A stretch of 64,000 nt of DNA from Alkalispirochaeta sp. (GCA_965601925.1 OZ271854.1:3136001-3200000); one strand, 5' to 3'. Counted from the first letter of the stretch, positions 9,581-18,945 are shown. Program-made: numbers and translations. The notes: generated by a model not told the origin, from the letters alone.

Positions 9581-12355
9581 TTGACGGACTTACTGACCAG
9601 CTTTGACGCAGCGGTCGTGTTTTGTCGACGCCGCTCCGACGGTGAGTTTCTCGTGGTCGACGTCAACGAGCTGGCGTGCGAGCACGAGGAAGTGGAACGA
9701 GAAGACGTAGTGGGCGCACCGGTGAAGGAGGCCTTCCCGGTATCCGGAATCTCGGGACTGCCGAGCATGATGCAGGAGGTGCTCGTCTCCGGGGCGGTGC
9801 GTGAGTTGAGCCCGCGCACGGTCGTCCATCGCGGCTTTCCGGAGCGTCGGCGGTACTGGGTATCGCCCGTCGACGGACGATCGGTGATGGTCGTCACTAC
9901 CCGCGACGGCGATGCACTGTTGGACCCCAGCGAGTCCTCACCGACCGGCGTACTGTTTCATTCGGTATTTAACTCGGTGTATGACGGCGTCTTCATTCAT
10001 CGTATCGACGGGTCGATCGTAACGGTCAATCGACGCGCCCTGGAACTCTTTCGCGTCTCTCGCTCCGAGGCGCTTTCGGCCTCGATGATCGACGATTTCT
10101 CAGACCCGGCGGCGCCGATCGAGCAGTTGCCCGATCTGTGGGAGTCGGTCGTCGACGGGAAATCGCAGTTCTTCTCGTGGAGCGCCCGGCGTCCCGGTGA
10201 CGGGTCGGTTTTCGACGTCGAGGTGTATCTTACGCGCCTCCCCCTTCCTCACGATGTGCTGATTCTGGCGACGATCCGTGACGTTTCGAGGGAGGTGTTT
10301 CTCGAACGCGAGCTGTTGAATTATCGGTCGCGTTTCGAGCAGATCGCACTGATATCGGCGGATTGGATCTGGGAGACCGATGCATGGGGGTCCTTTGTCT
10401 ACGCCTCAGAACGGGTGCTGAACTTTCTGGGATACACACCGGCGGAGCTTCTCGGACGCAGTCCGACCGAGTTTATGGAGCACGAAGCCGACAACGGCGG
10501 CGCGCCGACCATGGCCGAGGCGTTCGATCGCAGAGAGGCGATAACCGACGCCGAGGGTCGCTATTGTGCCAAGAACGGCACTCACGGGTACGTGTTGACG
10601 AACGCCGTCCCGCGTTATACCGAAGGCGGCGAGTTTCTCGGTTTTATCGGCATCGTCAAGGATATCACCTTCCAAAAGCAGCGTGAGAACGAGCTGCGTC
10701 TATATCAGAAAGTATTCGAGAACGCCGTCGAGGGGATCGTCATTACCGATCCGAACGGAACCATTCGCTCGGCAAATCCGGCGTTCACGAGGATTACCGG
10801 CTATCGGGAAGATGAGGTCCTCGGCAGGAATCCGCGGACTCTCAAATCGGACCGCCACGATTCGCAGTTTTACGCCGATATGTGGCGCGCCATCACCGAG
10901 GAGGGTGAGTGGACCGGGGAGGTCTGGAATCGTCGTAAATCCGGCGAGTCGTATCCCGAGCGGTTGAGCATCAGCGCCATTCGCAACTCCAACGTTATCG
11001 AGCATTTCGTCGGCGTCTTTCACGACATCTCGGAGATGAAAACGAAAGAGGAGCAGATCCGTCACCAGGCGCTCCACGATGCGCTCACGGGTCTACCAAA
11101 TCGGACGCTGCTTCTCGACCGCGCCGATGTCGCACTCCGACACGTTCGCCGCGGAGAGGGGTTGGTAACGATCTTGTTTCTCGATTTGGACAATTTCAAG
11201 AATATCAACGACAGCCTCGGCCATTCGGTCGGCGACGCGCTTCTGCAGGCGGTCGCGAATCGGGTGGAGCCGTTAATCCGCGAGACCGATACGCTGGCAC
11301 GCCTCGGCGGCGACGAGTTCGTCGTGCTCATGCTGTCCGAGACCGCGCATCGTAACACGATGAGGGTGACCGAGCGCATCCTTCAGGCGTTCAAGGAGCC
11401 GTTTGTCATCGGCGGACATGAGCTGTTTGTCACCGCGAGCATCGGTGTCGCCGAGTATCCGGCCGACGGGAAGGACTCCGAGACGCTGATCAAAAACGCC
11501 GACCTTGCGATGTACGAGGCCAAAGCGAGCGGTAAGAGCACCTACCATATGTTCACGACGCAGCTCCACGAGAGCGCTCGGGAGCGAATCGAGCTCGAAA
11601 ACGCGCTGCGTCGCGCTTTGGAGGGGCGGAGCATTACGGTCGCCTACCAGCCTAAGGTCGCCGCCGACGGCGGAGTTTGCGGGCTGGAGGCGTTGGCGCG
11701 GTGGGTGCTCGACGGAAGTCCGGTATCGCCGAGTCATTTCATTCGCGCCGCCGAGGACAGCGGGTTGATCACCGATCTCGACGCATTTGTGCTGGAGACG
11801 GCCTGTCGTGAGATATTGGCGATGGGCGAGGTCGCGAAGAGGCTGTCGCTTGCAGTAAACATTTCGGCACGCTCTCTCCATCAAAAAGACGCTGCAGCAC
11901 GCATTCTGCGCTCTCTGGAGGAGACCGGCTTCCCTCCTCGACGTTTCGAGGTCGAGATCACCGAGACGGCCGCCATGGGCAGGATCGAAACCGCCGCGAC
12001 GCAGTTGGCGAAGCTCTCCGATGCGGGGATCCGCGTCAGCATCGACGACTTCGGTACCGGGTATTCGTCGTTGGCGTATCTCAAGGAGCTCCCCATCGAT
12101 ACGCTCAAGATCGATCGATCTTTCGTACGAGACCTTCCCGGTAACCAAGACGATGTAGAGATCACCTCGACGATAATTGCTATGGCCAAGAATCTCTCGC
12201 TACGCGTCGTCGCCGAGGGCGTCGAGACGAAAGATCAGCTCGATTTTCTCATCGAACGGGGCTGCAATGAGTATCAGGGGTACTATTTCGCGAAGCCCAT
12301 GCCGGTCGGCGAGCTCGCCGCGTTTCTGAAGGGTGCCGGGGCGGTTCCCCGGTGA
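9581..12355 (+). CDS. Multi-PAS GGDEF-EAL c-di-GMP protein
   Basis: Three to four PAS/PAC segments, HDALTGLPNR, RLGGDEF, EALARW, DDFGTGYSSL, KIDRSF, EGVET, QGY. TTG start is uncertain. Confidence 0.93.
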   Translation: MTDLLTSFDAAVVFCRRRSDGEFLVVDVNELACEHEEVEREDVVGAPVKEAFPVSGISGLPSMMQEVLVSGAVRELSPRTVVHRGFPERRRYWVSPVDGRSVMVVTTRDGDALLDPSESSPTGVLFHSVFNSVYDGVFIHRIDGSIVTVNRRALELFRVSRSEALSASMIDDFSDPAAPIEQLPDLWESVVDGKSQFFSWSARRPGDGSVFDVEVYLTRLPLPHDVLILATIRDVSREVFLERELLNYRSRFEQIALISADWIWETDAWGSFVYASERVLNFLGYTPAELLGRSPTEFMEHEADNGGAPTMAEAFDRREAITDAEGRYCAKNGTHGYVLTNAVPRYTEGGEFLGFIGIVKDITFQKQRENELRLYQKVFENAVEGIVITDPNGTIRSANPAFTRITGYREDEVLGRNPRTLKSDRHDSQFYADMWRAITEEGEWTGEVWNRRKSGESYPERLSISAIRNSNVIEHFVGVFHDISEMKTKEEQIRHQALHDALTGLPNRTLLLDRADVALRHVRRGEGLVTILFLDLDNFKNINDSLGHSVGDALLQAVANRVEPLIRETDTLARLGGDEFVVLMLSETAHRNTMRVTERILQAFKEPFVIGGHELFVTASIGVAEYPADGKDSETLIKNADLAMYEAKASGKSTYHMFTTQLHESARERIELENALRRALEGRSITVAYQPKVAADGGVCGLEALARWVLDGSPVSPSHFIRAAEDSGLITDLDAFVLETACREILAMGEVAKRLSLAVNISARSLHQKDAAARILRSLEETGFPPRRFEVEITETAAMGRIETAATQLAKLSDAGIRVSIDDFGTGYSSLAYLKELPIDTLKIDRSFVRDLPGNQDDVEITSTIIAMAKNLSLRVVAEGVETKDQLDFLIERGCNEYQGYYFAKPMPVGELAAFLKGAGAVPR

Positions 12356-12365
12356 GCCCGACGGC

Positions 12366-12644
12366 TCAGCCGACCTCCACGCCCTTCCAGAACGCCACGT
12401 ATCCCGCGATGTTACGCGCCGCTTCTTTCGGCTCGGGATAGTACCATGCTGCGTCTCGGTTCTCCTGACCCTTGACCGTCAGGTTCAGATATCTGGCGTC
12501 GCCCTTCCACGGACACGTCGAGGTCATCGAGCTGTCGGACAGAAATGTGCGTTGCACCGAGTCGGGCGGGAAATAATGGTTACCTTCAACGACGATAGTC
12601 TCGTCACTCTCGGCGATGACTTCGCCGTTCCATACCGCTTTCAT
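12366..12644 (-). CDS. DUF427-family protein
   Basis: MKAVWNGEVIAES..VEGNHYFP..CPWKG..AAWYYPEP..YVAFW; GGAGG RBS before the ATG at 12644. Confidence 0.9.
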   Translation of the reverse strand: MKAVWNGEVIAESDETIVVEGNHYFPPDSVQRTFLSDSSMTSTCPWKGDARYLNLTVKGQENRDAAWYYPEPKEAARNIAGYVAFWKGVEVG

Positions 12645-12718
12645 GTACACCTCCCAAACAGTGCATCGGCGTCGCGCACCATCCGGTGCGACGCCGACGA
12701 TACTACAATGATACTCAT

Positions 12719-13489
12719 TTATACCGTCGCCTTGGTCGCGCCCGTCGAAATACCGCCGTCTACGAGGAGGATTTGTCCGGTCACGTACTCCGACTCCGGG
12801 GAGGCGAGAAAGACAACGGCGCCGTCCAGATCGCGGGGACGTCCCGGACGCTTAACGGGTATACGATCGTTGAGGTAGGCGAGCCATTCGGCGTTCTCAT
12901 AGAGAATCTTATTCTGCTCCGTCCGGAACCACCCCGGGGCCAAGGTATTGACCGTAACGCCGTGGGGTCCGAACTCATCGGCCAACGATCGTGTCATTTG
13001 GAGTACGCCGCCGCGACTCGCGCAGTACGGCGTGATTCCCGCATACCCAAATACCGATGTGACCGATCCGACGTTGATGATGCGTCCGTACCCCGCTTTC
13101 ACCATCGCAGGTGCGATCGCCTGGGTGACGAAGAAGGGGCCGCGCAGGTTGGTATCCAACACGGTGTTCCACTCCTCCCAGGTTATCTCCAGCGAGCTTT
13201 TCCGCACGTTACATCCCGCGTTGTTCACTAAGATGGAAGGTCGCACCGAGTCGCGCTCCAATGCCGAAGAGAATGAGGCGATACTCTCGCGAACGCGCAC
13301 GTCCAACTCATACGCGCGGCAACGACCGCCGATAGCTTCGATTCCGGCGATCGTCTGCGCGCATCGGGCTACGTCGCGCGCCGTAATTACAACATCCGCT
13401 CCCGCCTTGGCGAGTGCCGTCGCCATGTAGCTGCCGAGGCCGCGACTGCCGCCGGTCACTACGGCCGTGTTGCCCGTAAGATCGAACAT
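12719..13489 (-). CDS. SDR oxidoreductase (gluconate 5-dehydrogenase/KduD-like)
   Basis: TGGSRGLG, LVNNAG, YCASR (YxxxK motif with Arg in place of Lys), YVTGQILLVDGG. Confidence 0.9.
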   Translation of the reverse strand: MFDLTGNTAVVTGGSRGLGSYMATALAKAGADVVITARDVARCAQTIAGIEAIGGRCRAYELDVRVRESIASFSSALERDSVRPSILVNNAGCNVRKSSLEITWEEWNTVLDTNLRGPFFVTQAIAPAMVKAGYGRIINVGSVTSVFGYAGITPYCASRGGVLQMTRSLADEFGPHGVTVNTLAPGWFRTEQNKILYENAEWLAYLNDRIPVKRPGRPRDLDGAVVFLASPESEYVTGQILLVDGGISTGATKATV

Positions 13490-13490
13490 A

Positions 13491-14495
13491 TTATCCCTCC
13501 GGTTGCAGGACGACTTTGAGGAGCTCGCCCGGATCGCGGTGGAGCCTGTCGAAGTAGGATGCCGCCTCGGAAAGAGGCGCCGTGACGCTTAGAATGGGGG
13601 CTACATCGATCGCGCCGCGCGCCATGTAGTCGAGCGCGACCGTATACTCACCCGCGCTTGCGCACGAGCCGAGTACGCGCAGCTCCCGTGTGACAACCCG
13701 TTGAAGGGGGAGCTCGATCGACGGTGCGAGGTTCCCGACGAGGACGATCGTGCCCCCCTTTACGCAGCGATCTATCGCGGTCGAGACCGTCGACGACGAC
13801 CCTACCGCGTCGAAGACGACGTCGCTCTCGGCGATGGCTCGTCCCGGTTCGTGCACTTCGTCCCCACCGCAGCGCAGCGCCGTCTCGCGGCGAAAGGAGA
13901 GCGGATCCACGGCGCGTATCGTCCCCGCGCCGGTCGCCCGAAGCGCCTGGATTATGAGCAGTCCGATGACGCCGGAGCCGATCACGGTCGCCGAGGAGCC
14001 CGGGGAGAGCCGTGCAATGCGCACTGCATGGAGCGCTATCGCCGCCGGTTCCACCATCGCTGCGTGATCCCAGCTCACCCCGGGCGGGATCTCGTAGAGG
14101 ATGCGTGCCGGCACGGCGACGTACTCGGCCATAGCGCCGTCGCGGCGATATTCATCACAGGAGACTCCCAACACTTGTCGCGTAGCGCACAGGTTGACTC
14201 GGCCGGACTTGCAGTAGCGACACGCTCCGCAATACACGGTCGAATCGAAGGTTACGCGTCGAGAGAGCCACCTATCGTCCACGTCGGATCCGACCTGCAC
14301 GACCTCGCCGCTCGCTTCGTGTCCCATGACGATCGGCGGAATACGGCGCCCCGTGGCGCCCGTCATACCGTGGACGTCACTACCGCAAATTCCGACCGCC
14401 CGTATCCGCACGAGTACCTCGTCGTCGCGGAGCTCCGGGCGCGGACGATCGACGAGGGAGAACGAAAATGGAGCCGTATGAAGGAGCGCTTTCAT
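13491..14495 (-). CDS. Zn-dependent polyol/sugar dehydrogenase (MDR; sorbitol/galactitol-1-P dehydrogenase-like)
   Basis: GICGSD, GHEASG, structural Zn CGACRYC..NLC, GSGVIG. Start placed at MKALL. Confidence 0.9.
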   Translation of the reverse strand: MKALLHTAPFSFSLVDRPRPELRDDEVLVRIRAVGICGSDVHGMTGATGRRIPPIVMGHEASGEVVQVGSDVDDRWLSRRVTFDSTVYCGACRYCKSGRVNLCATRQVLGVSCDEYRRDGAMAEYVAVPARILYEIPPGVSWDHAAMVEPAAIALHAVRIARLSPGSSATVIGSGVIGLLIIQALRATGAGTIRAVDPLSFRRETALRCGGDEVHEPGRAIAESDVVFDAVGSSSTVSTAIDRCVKGGTIVLVGNLAPSIELPLQRVVTRELRVLGSCASAGEYTVALDYMARGAIDVAPILSVTAPLSEAASYFDRLHRDPGELLKVVLQPEG

Positions 14496-14521
14496 GTATG
14501 CATTGATCATAGCACGGGGAC

Positions 14522-14558
14522 TTTGTCTTTGACAAATCTGATTTATCGGGTTTATCGT
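14522..14558. promoter_or_regulatory. Overlapping divergent promoters with a palindrome (candidate GntR operator)
   Basis: TTTGTC-TTT-GACAAA (14522-14536) contains the plus-strand TTGACA (N18 to TATCGT) and the minus-strand TTGTCA (N18 to TATGAT). Confidence 0.55.
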
Positions 14559-14578
14559 GAACGTTACAAGGAGGCTCT

Positions 14579-15868
14579 ATGAAGCGAATGGTATGCATCG
14601 TGGCCGTTCTTATCGTTACGGCGGGAATGGTGTTCGCCGGCGGACAGTCCGAGGGCGATACGACGGAGTTGCGCTTCGTCGCCGCAAACCACCCCTTTAC
14701 CGACGTCATTCGTCCGTTGTTAAGCGAGTTTGAGGCGGAGACGGGCATTGTCGTCAACATGGAAAACTACGAAGAGAACCAGTTGACCCAACGTTTGACG
14801 GTGGAGTTTACCTCCGGTAACTCCGACATCGACATCTTTATGACGCGCCCCCTCCAAGAGGGTAAGTTGTTCAGCCGCAACGGGTACTACTCCTGGTTGG
14901 ACGATGCGATCGCCACGGCGGGGGCCGACTTCGGCTGGGACGACTATCCCGCCTCAACTCGAGGTGCGGTGGAGTTCGAGGGGCGTGTTTATGCGGTGCC
15001 GATCGTCACGGAGTGGGAGACGCTCTTTTATCGGACCGACCTCTTTGAAGAGGCGGGCATCAGCGTCCCGACGACGTTGGCGGAACTTATGGCCGCCGCC
15101 CGGGCGCTCCACGATCCGGACAACGAGGTGTACGGCATCGTCTCCAGGGGACAGCGCGGCGCCGCCGTCACCCAGTTCTCGAGCTACCTATACAACTATG
15201 GCGGCGACTTCATCGAGGACGGCTACGCGGTGTTCAACACCCCTGAGGCGCTTGCGGCGTTTGCCTACTACGGCGAGCTCCTCGGCGAATACGGTCCTCC
15301 CGGCGTCACCAACATGAGCTGGCCCCAGGCGCAGGCGCTCTTCGCCGCCGGAAGCGCGGCGATGTGGACCGACGCCAGCGTGTTGATCGCCGGTCTCCTG
15401 GATCCGGAAACGTCGCAAGTGGCCGATGTGCTCGGCGTGGCACCCTTTCCGGCGGGACCGCGCGGTAACTCGCCGTATATGGTCGTGCCGTGGGCCCTCG
15501 CGATCTCGGCGCAGAGCGAGAACCAAGAGGCGGCGTGGCGTTTCATGGAATGGGCCGCCGGGAAAGCGGTAGCCGTCCGGGCGCAAGCGGCCGGTCTCAC
15601 CATGGCACGAACCTCAGCGTGGGAGGATCCGGCCGTTGCGGACGCGATCTTTCCCGGCCTCGCCGAATCGGGCTCGGCGATATCGGCGACCGCACTTCCT
15701 TACGATCGTCCCCTCATGACCGCGGTAAGCGAAGCGCGCGACTCGATCGGGAGTATCATCGTCTCCTCGATAGAGCGCTCCGGCGCCGGAGATCTCACCG
15801 ATCTTGCCGATGCGGCGGTCGAGGAGGTAAACGCCCTGCTCGAGTCGGCGGGTGAGCTTGGGCAGTAG
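14579..15868 (+). CDS. Sugar/polyol ABC transporter substrate-binding protein
   Basis: Signal peptide ...VFAGGQSEG, FYRTDLFEEAG..VPTT, AAWRFMEW; AAGGAGG RBS. Confidence 0.93.
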   Translation: MKRMVCIVAVLIVTAGMVFAGGQSEGDTTELRFVAANHPFTDVIRPLLSEFEAETGIVVNMENYEENQLTQRLTVEFTSGNSDIDIFMTRPLQEGKLFSRNGYYSWLDDAIATAGADFGWDDYPASTRGAVEFEGRVYAVPIVTEWETLFYRTDLFEEAGISVPTTLAELMAAARALHDPDNEVYGIVSRGQRGAAVTQFSSYLYNYGGDFIEDGYAVFNTPEALAAFAYYGELLGEYGPPGVTNMSWPQAQALFAAGSAAMWTDASVLIAGLLDPETSQVADVLGVAPFPAGPRGNSPYMVVPWALAISAQSENQEAAWRFMEWAAGKAVAVRAQAAGLTMARTSAWEDPAVADAIFPGLAESGSAISATALPYDRPLMTAVSEARDSIGSIIVSSIERSGAGDLTDLADAAVEEVNALLESAGELGQ

Positions 15869-15897
15869 GTTCCTCTCGGTATCTCATCCCTTCAATC

Positions 15898-15920
15898 GGG
15901 CTCCGCAACCGGCGGAGCCC
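15898..15920 (+). terminator. Intra-operon stem-loop after the SBP gene
   Basis: GGGCTCCGC-AACCG-GCGGAGCCC, perfect 9-bp stem with only a short T tail. Confidence 0.6.
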
Positions 15921-15994
15921 TTCGCTCGCCCATACGGTTTCGTCGTGATACCGTGTGGGCGCATCACGCGCGCGATGCACGGGAGGTACGGGCA

Positions 15995-16873
15995 GTGTCG
16001 CTAAGTAGGTATGTAGAGCGCAATCTTCGCTGGATTTTTCCACTGCCGGCTGCGCTCTTCGTCATTATCATGATGGTCTTTCCGATTCTGTATACGTTGT
16101 TTCTGAGCCTCCACGATTGGAACATGATGTCGGGAGGGACGATCACCTTTGCCGGGCTCGGCAATTACACCGAGATGCTTACCAACCGGCGGTTTTGGCT
16201 GGCGGTGGTGCGGACGCTCTACTTCACGTTCCTGGCGGTCGGGATCGAAGCTGCTCTGGGCGTCGCGATCGCGCTCATGCTCAATCGTCAGTTCGTCGGC
16301 AAGTCGGCGGTGAAGGTGGTGCTGCTCCTGCCGATGGTCGCGACACCCGTCGCCGTCGGCCTCGCATGGCTCCTGTTTTACGAGCCGACGATCGGATTGG
16401 CCAACTACGGCTTGGAACTGCTCGGTCTGCCGCCGTCCGAGTGGGTCGGATCGCGGTTGACGGTGATCCCGGCCCTCGCGTTGGTGGATATTTGGCAGTG
16501 GACGCCGATGATCGCTCTCATCGTGCTCGCGGGGCTGGCCGGTGTGCCCGCGGAGCCGGTCGAGTCGGCGCGCGTCGACGGGGCGAGCAGGTTTCAGATT
16601 CTGCGTCACGTAACGCTTCCTCTCGTGAGCCCCACGATCGTCGTCGCCGTCGTGTTGCGCGGCATCGAGGGGCTCAAGACGTTCGATATCATCTACGTCA
16701 TGACCACAGGCGGACCCGGTTTCGCCAGCGAGACGCTCAATATATACGCGTACAACCAGAGCTTCGCCTACTTTCGATTCGGTTCCGCCTCGGCAACGCT
16801 GGTCGCGCTCTTTCTCATGGTGTTGGGAGCAACGGTGCTCACCCTCAAGCTGCGGCGGACGTACGAGATGTGA
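15995..16873 (+). CDS. Sugar ABC transporter permease (MalF-like)
   Basis: GLGNY, DIWQWTP, ESARVDGAS; GTG start after GGGAGG. Confidence 0.93.
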   Translation: MSLSRYVERNLRWIFPLPAALFVIIMMVFPILYTLFLSLHDWNMMSGGTITFAGLGNYTEMLTNRRFWLAVVRTLYFTFLAVGIEAALGVAIALMLNRQFVGKSAVKVVLLLPMVATPVAVGLAWLLFYEPTIGLANYGLELLGLPPSEWVGSRLTVIPALALVDIWQWTPMIALIVLAGLAGVPAEPVESARVDGASRFQILRHVTLPLVSPTIVVAVVLRGIEGLKTFDIIYVMTTGGPGFASETLNIYAYNQSFAYFRFGSASATLVALFLMVLGATVLTLKLRRTYEM

Positions 16874-16884
16874 GGAGACCCACG

Positions 16885-17700
16885 ATGCAGCACAAATGGT
16901 ACCGAGCGGTCGGTTGGTATGCATTGGTAGTTGTCGTTGCGACTCCCTTTCTCTTCCCCTTGTTGTGGATGGCCGTATCGGCGTTCAAAACCCAGGTTCA
17001 GATCATCGCCAATCCACCGGTCTGGTTTTTCGTGCCGACCCTCGATAATTTCGTTCGAGTATTCGCGGAGCAGGACTTTTTGCAGTTCTTCTTCAACAGC
17101 ACGATCGTCGCCGTGGGCGCGACCTCGATCGCCCTCGTATTGGGATTGCCGGCGGCGTACTCGATCAGCCGTTTTCGCCAACGCGGAGTCGGGGTGGTGA
17201 TCCTCATCGCCCGGCTAATGCCCGGTATCTCGCTCTTACTGCCCTGGTACATCGTCTTTTCGCGTCTGCGACTGATCGATACCTATGTGAGCCTCATTCT
17301 CAGCCATATTTTGATTTCCTTGCCGCTGGTGGTGTGGATCATGGTCAACTTTTTCGACAATCTGCCGCGCGAAATAGAGGAGTCGGCGATGGTGGAGGGG
17401 ACGACCCTGCAGGGGGCCTTCTGGCACGTACTGCTTCCGCTTACCGGCCCCGGAGTCGTGACGAGTACGACACTCTCGTTTATCTTTTCATGGAACAATT
17501 TCATGTTCTCTCTCGTCCTCTCGGCGCGTCGCACCCGAACGCTACCGATCGCGATCTACAACTTCGTGAGTTACGCCGAGGTGAGCTGGGGCAGCGTCAT
17601 GGCCGCCTCGATTGCGATTATCACGCCGGCGATCATTCTCACGATGATTTTCCAGCGTTATGTCATTAAGGGTCTGACGGTCGGTGCGGTGAAGGGGTAA
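16885..17700 (+). CDS. Sugar ABC transporter permease (MalG-like)
   Basis: Start at MQHKW after GAGGAG; IEESAMVEG, SWNNF, QRYVIKGLTVGAVKG. Confidence 0.93.
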   Translation: MQHKWYRAVGWYALVVVVATPFLFPLLWMAVSAFKTQVQIIANPPVWFFVPTLDNFVRVFAEQDFLQFFFNSTIVAVGATSIALVLGLPAAYSISRFRQRGVGVVILIARLMPGISLLLPWYIVFSRLRLIDTYVSLILSHILISLPLVVWIMVNFFDNLPREIEESAMVEGTTLQGAFWHVLLPLTGPGVVTSTTLSFIFSWNNFMFSLVLSARRTRTLPIAIYNFVSYAEVSWGSVMAASIAIITPAIILTMIFQRYVIKGLTVGAVKG

Positions 17701-17721
17701 ACTCGACTCCGAGTAATAATT

Positions 17722-18372
17722 ATGGCGGAACGCAAAACCGAATACGAACGGGTCGCGGACGAAATACGCGCCGCGCTCCTCTCCGGCGATGTTCCCGCGG
17801 GAACGCCGCTTCCTCAGCGACAGATGGCCGAGCGCTTTTCCGCCAACGCGATCGCCGTGCGCGAGGCATTTCGTACGTTAGAGCACGAGGGTCTTATCAC
17901 GATCGAGCCGAAGTGGGGGGCACGCGTCATAGAAATTACCGACGAGCACGTGCGCGGTATGTATCTGGTACGGGAAGGGCTCGAACGCATTGCCGCGCGC
18001 GAGGCCGCAATGCGCGTCACGCCTGCCGAGGGCGAGCGGCTTCTCGAGGCGGCCAAACGGTGCGACGCGGCTCACACGATCGAAAGCGCGGCGACGGAGC
18101 ACGAACGTGCCGAGGCGCACCTCGCGGTCCACGATTCAATAGTCGCCGTTACCGGTGTGGCCGCGCTGCACGATTCGATCCGGAGGGCCCACTTGTACTC
18201 TATGTTCGTCGCCGTCGCCCGGCATACTCGCAAAGAGCCCGATCCGGAGCGGTGGCACGAGCGGCTCGTGAAGCCGATCATCCTGCGTGATCCGGTCGCG
18301 GCCGAAGAGGCGATGCGGTTGCATATCGCGCACGGCTTGGAGACCGAGCTCCGCTCACGGCGAGTCGATTAA
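17722..18372 (+). CDS. GntR-family regulator (FCD effector domain)
   Basis: wHTH YERVADEIR..PAGTPL..VREAFRTLEHEGLI, then an FCD with conserved His residues. Confidence 0.9.
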   Translation: MAERKTEYERVADEIRAALLSGDVPAGTPLPQRQMAERFSANAIAVREAFRTLEHEGLITIEPKWGARVIEITDEHVRGMYLVREGLERIAAREAAMRVTPAEGERLLEAAKRCDAAHTIESAATEHERAEAHLAVHDSIVAVTGVAALHDSIRRAHLYSMFVAVARHTRKEPDPERWHERLVKPIILRDPVAAEEAMRLHIAHGLETELRSRRVD

Positions 18373-18374
18373 AC

Positions 18375-18395
18375 GGCGCCGTCCCGGACGGCGCC
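18375..18395. terminator. Hairpin between convergent genes
   Basis: GGCGCCGTC-CCG-GACGGCGCC immediately after the GntR stop. Confidence 0.6.
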
Positions 18396-18454
18396 TGCGA
18401 CCGTCGTCGGGATTGCGCGTCATCTCGGAGACGGAACGGCCGACGGAGTGCGGG

Positions 18455-18811
18455 CTACTCACTCGCCGCGAGGTGCGGCCCCGACGTCCCGAGACGCGCA
18501 TTCCCCTCGGTGAGACGCCGTCGTAGCAAGGCTTTGCTCGGCCACCCCTTCCCCTCGTTTTCTCGATAGATGCGGCACACGAAGATCCCGGGCCCCTCGT
18601 ACCGCTCCAAATCGACCCCGTCGATACGGAGAGAGGGTGAACCGGCGAATTGAAACCGATCGGCCGTTTGTTGATCGTCCACGGAAATCGGGCTCACTAC
18701 GACGGAGAGCTTCATCTCCACGATCACGTCGAGGAGATCGGTCCACGCCTGTTTGTAAGACGGACAGCCGTCGAAGTAGAGGAATTCTATCCGTAGGCGT
18801 TTCTGGTCCAT
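18455..18811 (-). CDS. Small thioredoxin-fold protein (DUF2703-like)
   Basis: IEFLYFDGCPSY...FAGSPSLRIDG...CRIY...GWPS; GGAGGAG RBS before the ATG at 18811. Confidence 0.8.
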   Translation of the reverse strand: MDQKRLRIEFLYFDGCPSYKQAWTDLLDVIVEMKLSVVVSPISVDDQQTADRFQFAGSPSLRIDGVDLERYEGPGIFVCRIYRENEGKGWPSKALLRRRLTEGNARLGTSGPHLAASE

Positions 18812-18914
18812 GCTCACTCCTCCCGCCCCGTGGGTTCTCGTATTAGCTGAGATCTTCCCTTTTTTTCGGTGCGTCCACGCGCGCCGATGCACCGTCCGGG
18901 ATGATCTCTTCTTT

Positions 18915-18945
18915 TACTATAGGGGGGTATAGTATATATCGACAA
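18915..18945 (-). promoter_or_regulatory. Promoter overlapped by a CsoR/RcnR/FrmR-type operator
   Basis: TACTATA-GGGGGG-TATAGTA (18915-18934), a perfect 7-bp inverted repeat around a G6 tract, overlapping TTGTCG-N18-TATAGT. Confidence 0.75.

Noticed and set aside
16117..16884. N-terminal 256 aa of the 527-aa ORF, suggesting a fusion
   Set aside because: Out-of-frame overlap with the preceding permease; the real start at 16885 has an RBS.
18560..18585. Selenocysteine in the thioredoxin-like protein
   Set aside because: The CRIY codon is TGC and there is no in-frame TGA.
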